From contig JALSOR010000005.1 in assembly GCA_026986415.1 (NCBI GenBank), positions 1 to 63,599 on the forward strand: 63,599 nt of DNA. Reading direction: 5' to 3'. This stretch comes from Acidilobaceae archaeon. GTDB lineage: Archaea > Thermoproteota > Thermoprotei_A > Sulfolobales > Acidilobaceae. The notes under the pieces were generated by a model that saw only the letters and a list, made by a program, of their open reading frames with translations, did no database searches and had not been told where the DNA came from. The stretch's first letter is position 1. Every line of letters starts with the position of its first letter. Position numbers and translations under genes: made by a program. This document shows, piece by piece, positions 1 through 10,668 of the stretch.

Positions 1-1832
1 AGTAAGGGGTTAATTCTCGCTTTCCCATCCTTTCCAGGATAGATTGCAGGGCAGTTGAATGCCCTATAGCAGAGGCCACATCCGGTACATTTGTCGAGGT
101 CTACAGTATATACGGGGTGTCTTACACCGTTTCTCCGCGCGTTGGCTAGGGCCACAAGTATGCATGCTCCTCTAGCAACTATAGCGGCAGGTTTCCGCTG
201 GTTTCTCACATAGTTTATAGCGCTTAGGAACTCTTCTTCTGCTTCTTTAACATTGAATGAGTCTACTACTTTAACATACTCTATACCCAGCCCTCTAAGC
301 ACTCTAGGAATACTTATTTCGAATCCCGGAGTCCCATCCGCTTTAACACCGACACCGGGGTGAGGCTGGTGTCCGGTCATTGCAGTAGTCCTATTGTCTA
401 GAACTACGAGTAGGAACGGTGTTCCATTATAGAGCGCGTTCGCCATTCCCGGGAGACCCGCATGGAAGAATGTAGAATCCCCGATGATCGCGACAACCAG
501 ATTGTCCTGGACCTTTGCCAGGCCATTCGCAAGCCCCACACTACCGCCCATCTCAACTATAGTATCCTGCATCTCGAACGGTGGATTAACGCCGAGGCTA
601 TAGCATCCTATATCCCCACTGTAAATAGGTTTAACGCGCGCCCTTCCGGCTGCCTTTCTTAACGCGTAGAATACTGACCTATAGGGGCATCCTGGGCATA
701 GAGATGGGGGTCTTGGGGGGAGATTAATGTCTGGCCTGGGCCTCTCCTCATAGGCTATTACGGGTTTAACGTTGAACAGCTTGACTATGGCGTTTTCTAG
801 TTTCGCGAGAGTTAGCTCTCCAGTTAAAGGTATTAGACCGTTAGATTTCCCGTGGACTCTCACGTTCAAGCCAGACTCCTGAAGCACGGCTTTCAATAAG
901 GTCTCAACAACCGGTTCGCCCTCCTCTACGACGAGAATCTTATCTCTAGCCTCGGATTCTGATAAGAGAAGTTTTTCTGGCAGTGGCACTGGCGTCTGCA
1001 GTTTCAGTATTCTAGTCTTACCGTACAGACCGTGTCTTTTTATAAGCTCCAAAGCATACCTGTATCCTATGCCGACACCTATTATAAGCGTGTCTGCATC
1101 CTCCGGTCCTGAGACACTGTTTAGGTCTGAGACCGTAAAGTAGTCTCTTATCTTCCACCATTTGTCTACGAGCTGCTCGCGGAGCCGCCTAGCATGTGCT
1201 GGTACTAGAGTGTATCTTTTAGGGTTCTTCTCGAAAAAGCCCTTTCTCTTCAATTTCTCTGGATCTATGGGGCCCGTGTATACTGGTACGCGCGTATGGC
1301 TGGTTCTTGTCGTTGTCCTGAGGATTACTGGGTGCTTGAATTTTTCACTTATCCTGAAAGCTTCTATAATAGCGTTTTTTGCCTCCTGGGCACCGGCAGG
1401 TTCTACAACCGGGATATACGCGTGTAGCCCGTAATACCTGTTATCCTGCTCGTTCTGGCTGCTCCACATGTTAGGGTCGTCGGCCGAAACTATAACGAGG
1501 GCGCCATTGACCCCCATATATGCACTGCTGAATAACGGGTCTGCCGCGACATTGACGCCTACATGCTTCATGGATGCCAATGCCGGGACACCGGCAAGGG
1601 CCGCGCCAAGAGCAGACTCCAACGCTACTTTCTCGTTCGCACTCCATTCAACATGCGGCCCGCCAAGCTTTTTCATAGCATAAGATAGAGCCTCTGTTAT
1701 CTCAGTACTCGGAGTTCCAGGATACGCGCTAGCATATGAAATCCCGTACTCTAGGGCTCCCCGCGCCAGAGCGACGTTACCGAGCATGACAACTTTTTTT
1801 CCTGGCTCAGCAAGAACCTCTTTGTGCGGCAA
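1..1832 (-). CDS. iorA: Indolepyruvate:ferredoxin oxidoreductase alpha subunit (3' end runs off window)
   Basis: Not in the ORF track; translated by hand from TTG at 1832. Reads MPHKEVLAEPGKKVVMLGNVALARGALEYGISYASAYPGTPSTEI, then MKHVGVNVAAD, RPPSLCPGCPYR, the TPP-binding GDSTFFH and LDNRTTAMTGHQPHPG, and a ferredoxin-like CTTCTGCGLC. Confidence 0.93.
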   Translation of the reverse strand, partial: MPHKEVLAEPGKKVVMLGNVALARGALEYGISYASAYPGTPSTEITEALSYAMKKLGGPHVEWSANEKVALESALGAALAGVPALASMKHVGVNVAADPLFSSAYMGVNGALVIVSADDPNMWSSQNEQDNRYYGLHAYIPVVEPAGAQEAKNAIIEAFRISEKFKHPVILRTTTRTSHTRVPVYTGPIDPEKLKRKGFFEKNPKRYTLVPAHARRLREQLVDKWWKIRDYFTVSDLNSVSGPEDADTLIIGVGIGYRYALELIKRHGLYGKTRILKLQTPVPLPEKLLLSESEARDKILVVEEGEPVVETLLKAVLQESGLNVRVHGKSNGLIPLTGELTLAKLENAIVKLFNVKPVIAYEERPRPDINLPPRPPSLCPGCPYRSVFYALRKAAGRARVKPIYSGDIGCYSLGVNPPFEMQDTIVEMGGSVGLANGLAKVQDNLVVAIIGDSTFFHAGLPGMANALYNGTPFLLVVLDNRTTAMTGHQPHPGVGVKADGTPGFEISIPRVLRGLGIEYVKVVDSFNVKEAEEEFLSAINYVRNQRKPAAIVARGACILVALANARRNGVRHPVYTVDLDKCTGCGLCYRAFNCPAIYPGKDGKARINPL

Positions 1833-1989
1833 TCTTACAACACCAGATAGTTATATCTTATCGTGCTCCGTATTAAATTGCATATGTAGTACTCAAAACG
1901 CATAACTAAATACTTAAAATATCCAGGCATGACCTTTAAACCTATATAGAGCGGAGAGCAGCACGCGTAAGAATAATGGTTCCTATAGA

Positions 1990-2493
1990 GTGTGTACCGA
2001 GGTGAACGGAAATATGAATAGGTTATCTGTAGTGCTAGTATCGCTCCTATTAGTTATAGCATTCTCAGCAATCTATAATGGCATGTTAACCAGCTATGCC
2101 GCAACTAACACAACAACAAACACGACAACAACAGCAACAAGTACAACGAACACGACAGTAAACCTGAACCAGCTAGTAAACGAGGCATTCTCGAACCCCC
2201 AGACAGGAGCTGTGATACTAATCGAATTCCTGCTGGGAGTAGGCCTAGGCTATACTGCGGTTAAAGCACTAAAATACATCCTAGCCTTCATAGGCATACT
2301 CCTATTGGGCTCCGCTCTAAGCGTATGGAGCATTGGTTCCAACAGCAAAGATATAGCTGCCAAGCTTGGGGTAGAAGTGAAACAGCTACTACCGTTAATT
2401 AAGAGTACGTTTACAATGCTTGGAGCAATGGTCGTGGGCCCGGCAAGCATAGGAGTTATTGTCGGCATAATAATTGGCGCTATAAAGAAGTAG
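1990..2493 (+). CDS. Membrane protein, FUN14-like, with Thr/Asn-rich linker
   Basis: N-terminal hydrophobic segment, NTTT-rich linker, then GVGLGYTAVKALK and further TM helices resembling FUN14 family. The start may be ATG 2014. Confidence 0.6.
   Translation: MCTEVNGNMNRLSVVLVSLLLVIAFSAIYNGMLTSYAATNTTTNTTTTATSTTNTTVNLNQLVNEAFSNPQTGAVILIEFLLGVGLGYTAVKALKYILAFIGILLLGSALSVWSIGSNSKDIAAKLGVEVKQLLPLIKSTFTMLGAMVVGPASIGVIVGIIIGAIKK
2101..2160 (+). repeat. Low-complexity (ACA/AAC)n tract encoding Thr/Asn linker
   Basis: Sequence gcaactaacacaacaacaaacacgacaacaacagcaacaagtacaacgaacacg encodes ATNTTTNTTTTATSTTNT. Confidence 0.7.
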
Positions 2494-2590
2494 GTATTCT
2501 AGCGCTTCAGGGCTTGCACCCTATATCATCGGGGTTTAAGGGATAACCCCCTCATTTATCTTATAATATTTTTGTTTCTTCATTAGCGCA

Positions 2591-3517
2591 TTATACGTTC
2601 AAATTAGTGGTCTCGAGCGGGTAAATAAGTATAGGTATGTCTACTGATACGATTAGCCTCCAGAGGGTTGTCCCAAGTATATGCTCTATTATGTTTCTCT
2701 TTTTTCTTGCCGTCCTACCGGCCATGAGTATTGTTGCTCCTATTTGTTCTACGAAACTTGCGATTGTTTTGCTGGGCTTTCCCTCTAGGAGCACAGTATT
2801 AACTTTTAATCCGTTTTCTTCAAATATTTTCTTTGATTTTGATAGTAATTTTTTGGCTTCTACTTCGTCCTCACCGCTCTCTAAAACATGGACAATATAT
2901 ATATTTATTATATTATTAATATCTTTTTTAAGAATTTTGGCAAAATACTCAAGCATACTCTCAGAAGAATATCTATCAATAGCGATAACAGGCTTAACGA
3001 AAACTTCCCTCTGAAGCGTGTGCTCCCTAATATATATCTTAACCTCCTCAGAGTCGCCCAACCGGTACGGCTTTACTAAGAATAACGGTAGACTAGTGAT
3101 ATGCACAAGGGTGAGAGCCGTACTTCCTATAGGTATTATCTTGAAAAGCCTACGCCCCTTATGACCGACAAGTATTTCCGACGCGCCTTCTTCTAGGGCC
3201 GCACGATATATAGCAACTGCGGGGTCTGCTGGCGTGTCCCATATTCTATACCTAGCCCGTATACCCTTGCTAGCTAGCTCTTCTGTTTTTGAGGCTAGAT
3301 AGTCTTTAGCCTTACCTACATAATAATCTATCAAACTTACAGGGTCGAAACCAGCGGCGGCATGCTCTATAAGGTTTTCGTCAACCGCATAGAAGAGTAT
3401 TATCTCGCTCCCAAATCTCTTCGCTAGACACGAAGCAAAATCTATCAGGGGATCGCTTGCCTTGCTCAAATCTACACCTACCAGTATTGACGATAAGGGT
3501 TCAACATTCCCTGTCAT
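2591..3517 (-). CDS. Universal stress protein, tandem USP domains
   Basis: ILVGVDLS...ILVGHKG...IGSTA, then a second domain with G-KPSK-I...LMAG...ILGTT...PILIYP. Confidence 0.9.
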   Translation of the reverse strand: MTGNVEPLSSILVGVDLSKASDPLIDFASCLAKRFGSEIILFYAVDENLIEHAAAGFDPVSLIDYYVGKAKDYLASKTEELASKGIRARYRIWDTPADPAVAIYRAALEEGASEILVGHKGRRLFKIIPIGSTALTLVHITSLPLFLVKPYRLGDSEEVKIYIREHTLQREVFVKPVIAIDRYSSESMLEYFAKILKKDINNIINIYIVHVLESGEDEVEAKKLLSKSKKIFEENGLKVNTVLLEGKPSKTIASFVEQIGATILMAGRTARKKRNIIEHILGTTLWRLIVSVDIPILIYPLETTNLNV

Positions 3518-3572
3518 GCTAAACCGCCCTCCAGGCTACTTTAGTTTCTTTGGGGAAAATACTGTTCACAGT

Positions 3573-4688
3573 CTAGTAGAGGCTCACATGTATATGGAGT
3601 ACCTCAACGATTATAAAGTATGCAGTTAGAAGCGCTATACCGAAAGGCACACCGATCCTAGCCCACTCCTTACTTGTTATTTTAAGGCGTCCTGCTGCTA
3701 CAATGTTTGGTATATTTCCAGGTATTAGCATTCCCCCAGAGATTAAGAGTGATAGGAGTGCGCTTCTTATCTGCTCCTGTGTAAGGGTAGGCCCTATCTC
3801 TGCGGCTGTGAGCGTAGCGTTGTCAACTACGGCACTTATAGTGTTAAGCCAATACAGCTGCCATGCCGCGAGCCTACGGAAATACCATTCTACCAGGGGA
3901 GTGAAGCTGTGCCCTAGGAGCTCAAGCGCCGCTACGAATACGAACACTCTTATAGTCCTGTCTATCACGCCTCTCAACGACTCTGTATAAACAGGTTCAA
4001 CGTCGCTTACTATAACGCCTTGCTTTTTCAGCCTCCATGAAGCGTATGCCGCGACGAATATGATTCCCGGTATTATGTAGGCTCCCAGAAGGCTTATCAG
4101 GTAGTCGAACCTGGCGTGGAGCTTGGATATTGCTATCGTTGCGAGCGGCTCACCTACAGGTGTCAGGGCGGCTCCTAGTCCGACTGCGAACGATGCAAGA
4201 ACTACGAACTCTATTTTCGATTCTCTCGGCATTTTTATTGCTGCAGCTATTTCCGATAGTATTACTGCTGTTACTATGACCGATATTATACTTGAAATCA
4301 TGCCAAGAATAAAAATAAATACAAATACAAATATATAGAAACCGGTTTTATTTATAATTTTTCTTATAAAATTATATATAGGTTTATGATAATAATAAAA
4401 TAACAATCCGAATATGAAAACCACCTGTGTTATACCTATCGGGACGCCTGAAATAATAAGAGGCGTCTCGAGAGCTTTTTTAATCAAATATTTTATAAAA
4501 TCCATATTCATTATATTATAATGATAATTTAATAAAACACCTATGATTCCCATAATTAGGAAAAAGGGTTCCATATTTTCTTCTATTTTTTTAGATAAAA
4601 ATGGTAATACAAGTACTAATAATAATATTATGAATAATCCCAATGAGAGCGGTAGTATTGGCTGCTCCGGTATGCTCATTTCAAGCAT
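3573..4688 (-). CDS. DUF1646-family putative cation transporter
   Basis: Polytopic membrane protein with GLGAALTPVGEPL, DNATLTAAEI and GGMLIPGNIPNI motifs. Confidence 0.85.
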   Translation of the reverse strand: MLEMSIPEQPILPLSLGLFIILLLVLVLPFLSKKIEENMEPFFLIMGIIGVLLNYHYNIMNMDFIKYLIKKALETPLIISGVPIGITQVVFIFGLLFYYYHKPIYNFIRKIINKTGFYIFVFVFIFILGMISSIISVIVTAVILSEIAAAIKMPRESKIEFVVLASFAVGLGAALTPVGEPLATIAISKLHARFDYLISLLGAYIIPGIIFVAAYASWRLKKQGVIVSDVEPVYTESLRGVIDRTIRVFVFVAALELLGHSFTPLVEWYFRRLAAWQLYWLNTISAVVDNATLTAAEIGPTLTQEQIRSALLSLLISGGMLIPGNIPNIVAAGRLKITSKEWARIGVPFGIALLTAYFIIVEVLHIHVSLY

Positions 4689-4761
4689 GTTGACCCTCTC
4701 CTTGGCAAAAAGAGAGGATGTAGTATGCCTATTTATAGAGCGCTGTGCATGTCTTTATTAT

Positions 4762-5685
4762 TTATTTTTCTTTTCTTTCCTTTAACTTCTTTATTAATAC
4801 TGGTACGAACTGGTAGAGGTCTGCGACAACACCGTAGTCGGCCTGTTTGAATATTGGAGCACTCTTATCTTTGTTTATAGCAACAATTATTTTCGAGTTG
4901 TTCACGCCAGCCATATGCTGGGGCGCACCACTTATACCTATAGCAATATAGAGTTTCGGAGCAACCCTCTTCCCACTTATACCTATCCAAGCGTCCTCCG
5001 GTAACCATTTATAGTCGGCTGCTATCGGCCTACTAGCACCTACCTGGGCTCCTAGCAGCTCTGCCAGCTCGAATGCAAGCTTGAGATCCTCTTTCTTCTT
5101 AAACCCTCTCCCGACACCAACAATTATTTCAGCCTCTTCAAGGTTAATACCGCTTAACTGCTTCTTCTTTATCTCTACGATCTGCACGTCAGGCGTTCCA
5201 ACATCAATGTCTACTATCTCTCCCTGGCCCTGCGCACTGTAAGGCTCAAAGACTTTCTGATTTATAAGTACTATAGCCGGATAACTAGCCTTCTCCCTGG
5301 CTATAGCCCTCTCGCTGAGGAATCCTCTCTCGTATATAATATGGTCGTCGCCAGGCTCTATCTTCACGACATCCGTGGCCATCGCTAGGTCATATAGGCC
5401 TGCTAGTCTTGAGAGTGCATCACGGTTATTCTTGGTGCTATGCCCGATTATCACTTTCGGTTTAAGCTCTTCGAAGAGCTTCTTGGCGGCCTTAAATATT
5501 AGATCAGGGTGTTCCCCGTTAAGCCGGAAGACCTTAACCCCGCGGCTAGCTATTTCTTCGGCTTTAGCCGCGGCTTGGCCGTAGGCGAGTACTATCGGCT
5601 CCCCTACTAGGCTTGCCGCGGTTAGAGACTCTAATATCTCCCCGAGTGTTCCTCCAACGACGAGCGAGCTAACCATGGCTAACAC
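4762..5685 (-). CDS. etfA: Electron transfer flavoprotein alpha subunit
   Basis: AEIIVGVGRG, VGASRP and GISGAPQHMAG...IVAINKD-APIF motifs. Confidence 0.95.
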   Translation of the reverse strand: MLAMVSSLVVGGTLGEILESLTAASLVGEPIVLAYGQAAAKAEEIASRGVKVFRLNGEHPDLIFKAAKKLFEELKPKVIIGHSTKNNRDALSRLAGLYDLAMATDVVKIEPGDDHIIYERGFLSERAIAREKASYPAIVLINQKVFEPYSAQGQGEIVDIDVGTPDVQIVEIKKKQLSGINLEEAEIIVGVGRGFKKKEDLKLAFELAELLGAQVGASRPIAADYKWLPEDAWIGISGKRVAPKLYIAIGISGAPQHMAGVNNSKIIVAINKDKSAPIFKQADYGVVADLYQFVPVLIKKLKERKEK

Positions 5686-5696
5686 CCCCTACCATG

Positions 5697-6497
5697 CTAT
5701 ATGCTTAGGACACCCTCCTTTTCTAGGGCTTCAATAAGCTTCTCCGCGATCTCCTCGAGCGTATCACCCTCTATGATAATCTGTTTTCTGCTCACGGTTA
5801 GAATCCTGTATTCGAGCGGTTCCTTCTTCCGCTCCACGGTTATTCCTAGGTCTGACGCGGATAGTTTGTGCTGGGGCTTCTTTCCGGCCCTCCTTATCTG
5901 GAGGAGTGTTGGGGGTCTGGGCTCGTTTATCTCCTGCGTTACGCTGACAACTGCCGGGAGCCTGGCTTCCATGATCTCGATCCGGTCCTCGACATCTCTC
6001 TCTACCACAATCTTGTCTCCTTCGGCTTTAATGCTCCTCGCATATGATATGTAGGGATAGCCCAGCTTTGCCGCTATCCTGCCCCCTATCTGCCCGGTTG
6101 TCTGGTCGATGCTTGCCTCTGCCACGAGAATAAGGCTTGCGTTAGGGACATGCTTCTTTATAGTCTCGGCTATCACGTTTGCCGTAATAACCTGGTCCCC
6201 TGGAAGCAGCGTATCGTCGGCTATAACTATTGCCTCGTCGGCGCCACGGGCAAGGGCTTCCTGGGTCACCATACGCAAGTCCTTCGATCTCTTAGCGGTC
6301 GGCCCCCAGGGTAGGAGGAGAACCGCGATAATCTTTCCTCCTAGATTCTTCTTTAGCTCTTTGGCCGCCTCGATGGCGTTAGCGTCAATATCGTCAAACT
6401 TCAGCGGTATTCCAACAATGTCTACAGTCCCGTCAGGTTTGGACCTGAGCATGTCTGGGTTCAGAGCAGGCTTTACCAGTACGACTATATCTCCCAT
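5697..6497 (-). CDS. etfB: Electron transfer flavoprotein beta subunit
   Basis: D-NAIEAA, ALARGAD and INEPRPP motifs; directly upstream of etfA. Confidence 0.95.
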   Translation of the reverse strand: MGDIVVLVKPALNPDMLRSKPDGTVDIVGIPLKFDDIDANAIEAAKELKKNLGGKIIAVLLLPWGPTAKRSKDLRMVTQEALARGADEAIVIADDTLLPGDQVITANVIAETIKKHVPNASLILVAEASIDQTTGQIGGRIAAKLGYPYISYARSIKAEGDKIVVERDVEDRIEIMEARLPAVVSVTQEINEPRPPTLLQIRRAGKKPQHKLSASDLGITVERKKEPLEYRILTVSRKQIIIEGDTLEEIAEKLIEALEKEGVLSI

Positions 6498-6653
6498 ACC
6501 GCCTACACCCTTCTCCTTATTATCGTGGCATTCAGAATGCCACTCCTATATCCTATTAGGACGTCGGAAGGAATTCAAATATAACCATGTTGTCGAATAG
6601 TAATCGGGACTACACTATTCCTTTTAAAGCGGTCTAAGCGGTAAAGAGGGTGT

Positions 6654-7028
6654 TCACATGCGCATTTTAATTACATGGGCATGGGGTATCCCCTTAACAT
6701 AGAGGATCGAGTCTGGGTGCACAATGCCTGCCTTTACCGCTAGGTTTACAATCCTCTCTCCTGTTAGGACGAGATAGTCCGCCTGGGCTAGTACTTGCTC
6801 TGCTTCCTTCTCACCTATTAGGGCCCCGCCATAGTTCTTCTCTGAAACAATAACGTACACTTGTCTTTCTTCATCAACAAAAGCCCTACCCACTAGATCC
6901 TCGTCCGCAATATAGGCTATAATACCATAGGGTGTCTGCCGTATTGAAGCGTGAAACATTGCACCACCCAGAAGCCTACCCTTTAACGTGAAGGGTAAAA
7001 TCTTATTTGATATTAAAGCCTCCGCCAT
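6654..7028 (-). CDS. DUF424 family protein (likely start ATG 6959)
   Basis: ADEDLVG, VSEKNYGG and LTGERIV...G-VH..V.GIPHA motifs. Confidence 0.8.
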   Translation of the reverse strand: MAEALISNKILPFTLKGRLLGGAMFHASIRQTPYGIIAYIADEDLVGRAFVDEERQVYVIVSEKNYGGALIGEKEAEQVLAQADYLVLTGERIVNLAVKAGIVHPDSILYVKGIPHAHVIKMRM

Positions 7029-7675
7029 GCCCTTCTAGATGCGTCATAATAGACGAGTCCCGCCTGCCTCATTTTCTCGAAAAGTCTCTTATAAATACCC
7101 GCCTTCCTACTGGCCTCATCGGGATCGCTAGTGCTTATTCCTTCTAGGATACTGTCAAACTCTCTTAAATGTATAGGATATATTACCGCGAAATCCCCTC
7201 CGACCTCGACAATTGTCGCCCCTAGAATATCGGCTATTTCCCTGAGCTTCGATGGGCTCATCCCGACTCTGCTCCTTGCTTCCGAACCGAGAACGTACCT
7301 GTACTTGTCTAGAGCGGTTTCAAGCCGAGATTCTAGGGGCGATCTACGCCTTCCCTTCTCTAAGGAGCCTTGAGTGCGGGCAATTACGGAGGATTGGCCG
7401 GCGGTTTTCGTTTGCGCGCACATCTTTTTTAGAGACTCTACTTCTTCTCTGAGCAGTTTAATCTCGCTCAGCAGGCTCTCCAGGTTTGCCCTTATAGTTC
7501 TAGTGTAGGAGGCCACAGTGGTCTCTGCAGTTTTAACTATTATTTTTTCTATATCAATATTTTTATCGGATAACTGTTCGGGCGGTGGATTCCCCGTTCG
7601 AACCTTAGATTTGGGTGTAGGCTCTTCGCGCGAGCCTCCTGTTATATAGTCGCTGAGGCGTCTACGATAAGACAT
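7013..7675 (-). CDS. Hypothetical protein (coiled coil plus possible winged-helix C-terminus)
   Basis: 220-aa ORF with heptad segment LESLLSEIKLLREEVESLKK and C-terminal LFEKMRQAGLVYYD..W. Confidence 0.7.
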   Translation of the reverse strand: MSYRRRLSDYITGGSREEPTPKSKVRTGNPPPEQLSDKNIDIEKIIVKTAETTVASYTRTIRANLESLLSEIKLLREEVESLKKMCAQTKTAGQSSVIARTQGSLEKGRRRSPLESRLETALDKYRYVLGSEARSRVGMSPSKLREIADILGATIVEVGGDFAVIYPIHLREFDSILEGISTSDPDEASRKAGIYKRLFEKMRQAGLVYYDASRRAWRRL

Positions 7676-7759
7676 TGAGCATCATCCATATAGAAATGCC
7701 ATCCCTGTTCGGGAAGGGGAAAAAGATTATGCATAATGTATAAAATATAATTAAAGTAT

Positions 7760-8692
7760 TTATGCTTTAACTATCTTGTCCGCGAACACCTGCCAGGGAT
7801 CTACTAACGGCTTACCGTTGGCAGCAACAGGTCTAGCCGCGGGCGGGTATTCCCTGTATGTTGGTATCACTTTTTCAAGTCTTTGCTCGAAGGTATCCTT
7901 GGCAGGATTAATATAGAATACTCCTAGCGGTATTCTGTCGCCCCATTCAATCATTTTCTCTAGAATGATTGACATTTTACTCTTGAAATCTTCGGGGCTT
8001 GCAACGAGTGGATCCCAGTTCGGGTCCTCCTCTTCTAGATAGTATATTCTCTCCTCGTACCACTGCTTAGTCATTAAGTTGTTATATGTGGGGCAAGGCT
8101 GTAGTATCTGTACTAGGCTTGTGCCCTTATGCTCTATTGCTTTCTTTATGAGCTCCTTTGTTTGCGCTACATGGTAAGCGTATCCTCTCGCAATGAATGT
8201 GTAGCCGCTAGCCAATGCTAGTAGGAGCGGGTTCAGGTTGTCGTGAAGGTTAGGGCCTGGAAGGGCCTTGGTCCTCCACCAGCTTGGCAGTGTTGGTCCT
8301 GCCTGTCCTTTCGTTAGACCATATACTGAGTTGTCATGTATTATTACTGTTATATCGATATTTCTCCTACCGACGGACACGAAGTGTTCCACTCCGATTC
8401 CCAGCATGTCACCGTCTCCACCCTCAGCTATCACTGTCAGGTTCGGATTAGCAATCTTTATCCCGGTAGCCGCCGGTATTGCCCTGCCGTGTAGCACGTG
8501 CATAGCATTAGCCTTAGTATAGTAGCAGCTGCGTCCGCTACATCCAATACCCGTAACTACTACTAGCCTGCTAGGGTCTATGTCCAGCTCGGCTAGCGCT
8601 CTATGAAGGGCGTTAAGTATACCGTAGTTTCCACACCCGGGGCACCACTGGACCCACGCCCCGGTCTTATAGTCCATCCAGCTACGCGCCAC
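7760..8692 (-). CDS. 2-oxoacid:ferredoxin oxidoreductase beta subunit
   Basis: WCPGCGNY, GIGCSG, LHGRA, GGDGD and YGLTKGQ motifs. Confidence 0.96.
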   Translation of the reverse strand: MARSWMDYKTGAWVQWCPGCGNYGILNALHRALAELDIDPSRLVVVTGIGCSGRSCYYTKANAMHVLHGRAIPAATGIKIANPNLTVIAEGGDGDMLGIGVEHFVSVGRRNIDITVIIHDNSVYGLTKGQAGPTLPSWWRTKALPGPNLHDNLNPLLLALASGYTFIARGYAYHVAQTKELIKKAIEHKGTSLVQILQPCPTYNNLMTKQWYEERIYYLEEEDPNWDPLVASPEDFKSKMSIILEKMIEWGDRIPLGVFYINPAKDTFEQRLEKVIPTYREYPPAARPVAANGKPLVDPWQVFADKIVKA

Positions 8693-10622
8693 CGTTCACC
8701 ACCACCTCTCTCTCCCCGGTCTCTACGATCTTCTTTACGGCAAGGGCCACCTCCGTATCCCAGAGCGCCCTTCCCGTGATCTTCTTAACAAAATGTTCGA
8801 TCGTGAACCCGGTAAAGCCTCTTATTAGGAAGGCCGCCTGTCCGAGATCGTTCTGCTCAATATCTATTACTAGATCGGCATTTTCAAGTATTTTTCTAAC
8901 TTTTTCTGTTGGGAACGGGTAGAATATTCTGAGCTGTAGGAAGTTTGCTTTTATACCTTCCCGCTCCAAGATTTTTAGGGCTTCAAGTATTATTGGTTTC
9001 GTGCTGCCCCATGATACTAGAGTTATTTTAGCGTCTGGATCGCCGTGGAGCACAGCTTTTTCATCATCAGGTATCTCACGGGCTATTGTCTCAAACTTCC
9101 TCCTGCGCTTTGCCATCATCTGCTCTCTAACAACCGGGTCCTCAGTGGGCATGCCGTCTTCTGTATGTTCAAGCCCTGTCCAGACTAGAGGCACCTTCCC
9201 CATCGGTGCTCTCGGGCTTATTCCGTCCTCAGTTATCTTGTAGCGTAGATAGTCTGGCCCGGGGTTCTCGACGAGCTTGCCGCGTTCGATTTGCGCCTTG
9301 AGCGGGTCTATATCCTCCCTGTATACGTTCGTGATGGTGCTGGCAAGATACTTATCAACTAGGTGTACAACCGGGGTCTGATATTTCTCTGCCCAGTTTA
9401 GAGCCTTTATAGCGTCGTAGAATGCCTCTATATGGTCCCCGCTCGCCACGACTATCTTGGGGTTGTCGCCATGCCCGCTAAAGAGGGCATGGAACAGGTC
9501 CTGCTGTCCCTCCCTTGTAGGTAGACCAGTGCTCGGCCCGCCCCTCTGCCAGAGTGTAAGGACAACGGGAACCTCGGCCATAATAGCTAGACTTATCGCT
9601 TCGTTCATGAGAGCAAATCCAGGCCCGCTGGTGCTTGTTGCAGAACGTGCACCAGCGACAGCTGCGCCTATAGCCGCCATTATTGCTGAGAGCTCATCTT
9701 CTGTCTGGAGGACGACGCTGCCAAGCTTTTTGAGCTCTAGAGCCTCTGCAGCCCAGGGGGCTAGATCGTAGTTACGGTGGCCCTCTAGGAATAGTGCCTC
9801 GTCGCTTGCAGGAGTTATCGGATAGTAGGTTTGTAGTGTTAGCCCGCCGACCGTCTTACCAATTGCTACGATCTCGTTCCCTGTTACAAGCATCGCCTCT
9901 TTACCGAGGTTTGGGCCCTCTGGTAGGAAGCAGCAGGGTCCCCCGATATGCTCGTCAACGTAGTTGATCGCTAGTTTAGCGGCCTCAACATTCATGTCAA
10001 CAACCTTCTTTTTCGCAGCAAAGTGTACTGCAATGGCCTTTTCGATCCAGCTCGCCTCCACGCCTAGGAGGTATAATGTTGTGGCAAGCCCGATAGTGTT
10101 GAGGGTTTTAGAAACCCTGCTAAGTGGGGCCCCGGTCTTATGTGCTACTTCCCTTATCAGGTTTTTCATTGGTAACCCGATAGTTTTAACCCCGTTCTCC
10201 TCTGCGATCTTTACGGCGCTTTCTGCTGTTGGCTCAAGTCCTCTCTCCTGGAAGAAGGCGGTTAGCCTGTCTTTCAATGGTTTAGGCATTGGCGCTATGT
10301 TTGCTATTTTTGTTTTGAGTGTTGTCGTGTCGTAAACCATGAAGCCTCCTTTTTTAACGTCCTGGAAATGAGTGAGCACGCTCTCAGCGTCTAGAACTAC
10401 CGCCGCGTCTACAGGGAAGTTTATAGCTCCGGGCCTCTCTGGCTTTACACGTATAGTGAAGTAGCTGTGGGCGCCCATAATGTTGCTCTGATACTCTCTT
10501 GTCCCTATAACCTGGTATCCTTTTAGTATGAATGTTTTAAGGGCTATTTGCCCGGCCGACTCAATGCCCCCGCCCTGAGGGCCTCCTATGAGAAATTTGA
10601 TGTCCACGTTATTTTGGGCCAA
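8682..10622 (-). CDS. 2-oxoacid:ferredoxin oxidoreductase alpha (gamma-alpha fused) subunit
   Basis: IGGPQGGG, YYPITPAS, TSTSGPG and QRGGPSTGLPT motifs. Confidence 0.96.
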   Translation of the reverse strand: MAQNNVDIKFLIGGPQGGGIESAGQIALKTFILKGYQVIGTREYQSNIMGAHSYFTIRVKPERPGAINFPVDAAVVLDAESVLTHFQDVKKGGFMVYDTTTLKTKIANIAPMPKPLKDRLTAFFQERGLEPTAESAVKIAEENGVKTIGLPMKNLIREVAHKTGAPLSRVSKTLNTIGLATTLYLLGVEASWIEKAIAVHFAAKKKVVDMNVEAAKLAINYVDEHIGGPCCFLPEGPNLGKEAMLVTGNEIVAIGKTVGGLTLQTYYPITPASDEALFLEGHRNYDLAPWAAEALELKKLGSVVLQTEDELSAIMAAIGAAVAGARSATSTSGPGFALMNEAISLAIMAEVPVVLTLWQRGGPSTGLPTREGQQDLFHALFSGHGDNPKIVVASGDHIEAFYDAIKALNWAEKYQTPVVHLVDKYLASTITNVYREDIDPLKAQIERGKLVENPGPDYLRYKITEDGISPRAPMGKVPLVWTGLEHTEDGMPTEDPVVREQMMAKRRRKFETIAREIPDDEKAVLHGDPDAKITLVSWGSTKPIILEALKILEREGIKANFLQLRIFYPFPTEKVRKILENADLVIDIEQNDLGQAAFLIRGFTGFTIEHFVKKITGRALWDTEVALAVKKIVETGEREVVVNGGA

Positions 10623-10668
10623 TCTGTTACACCTCTAGGGCCTGCTAGGCTTTACCCCTCTTATCTAG

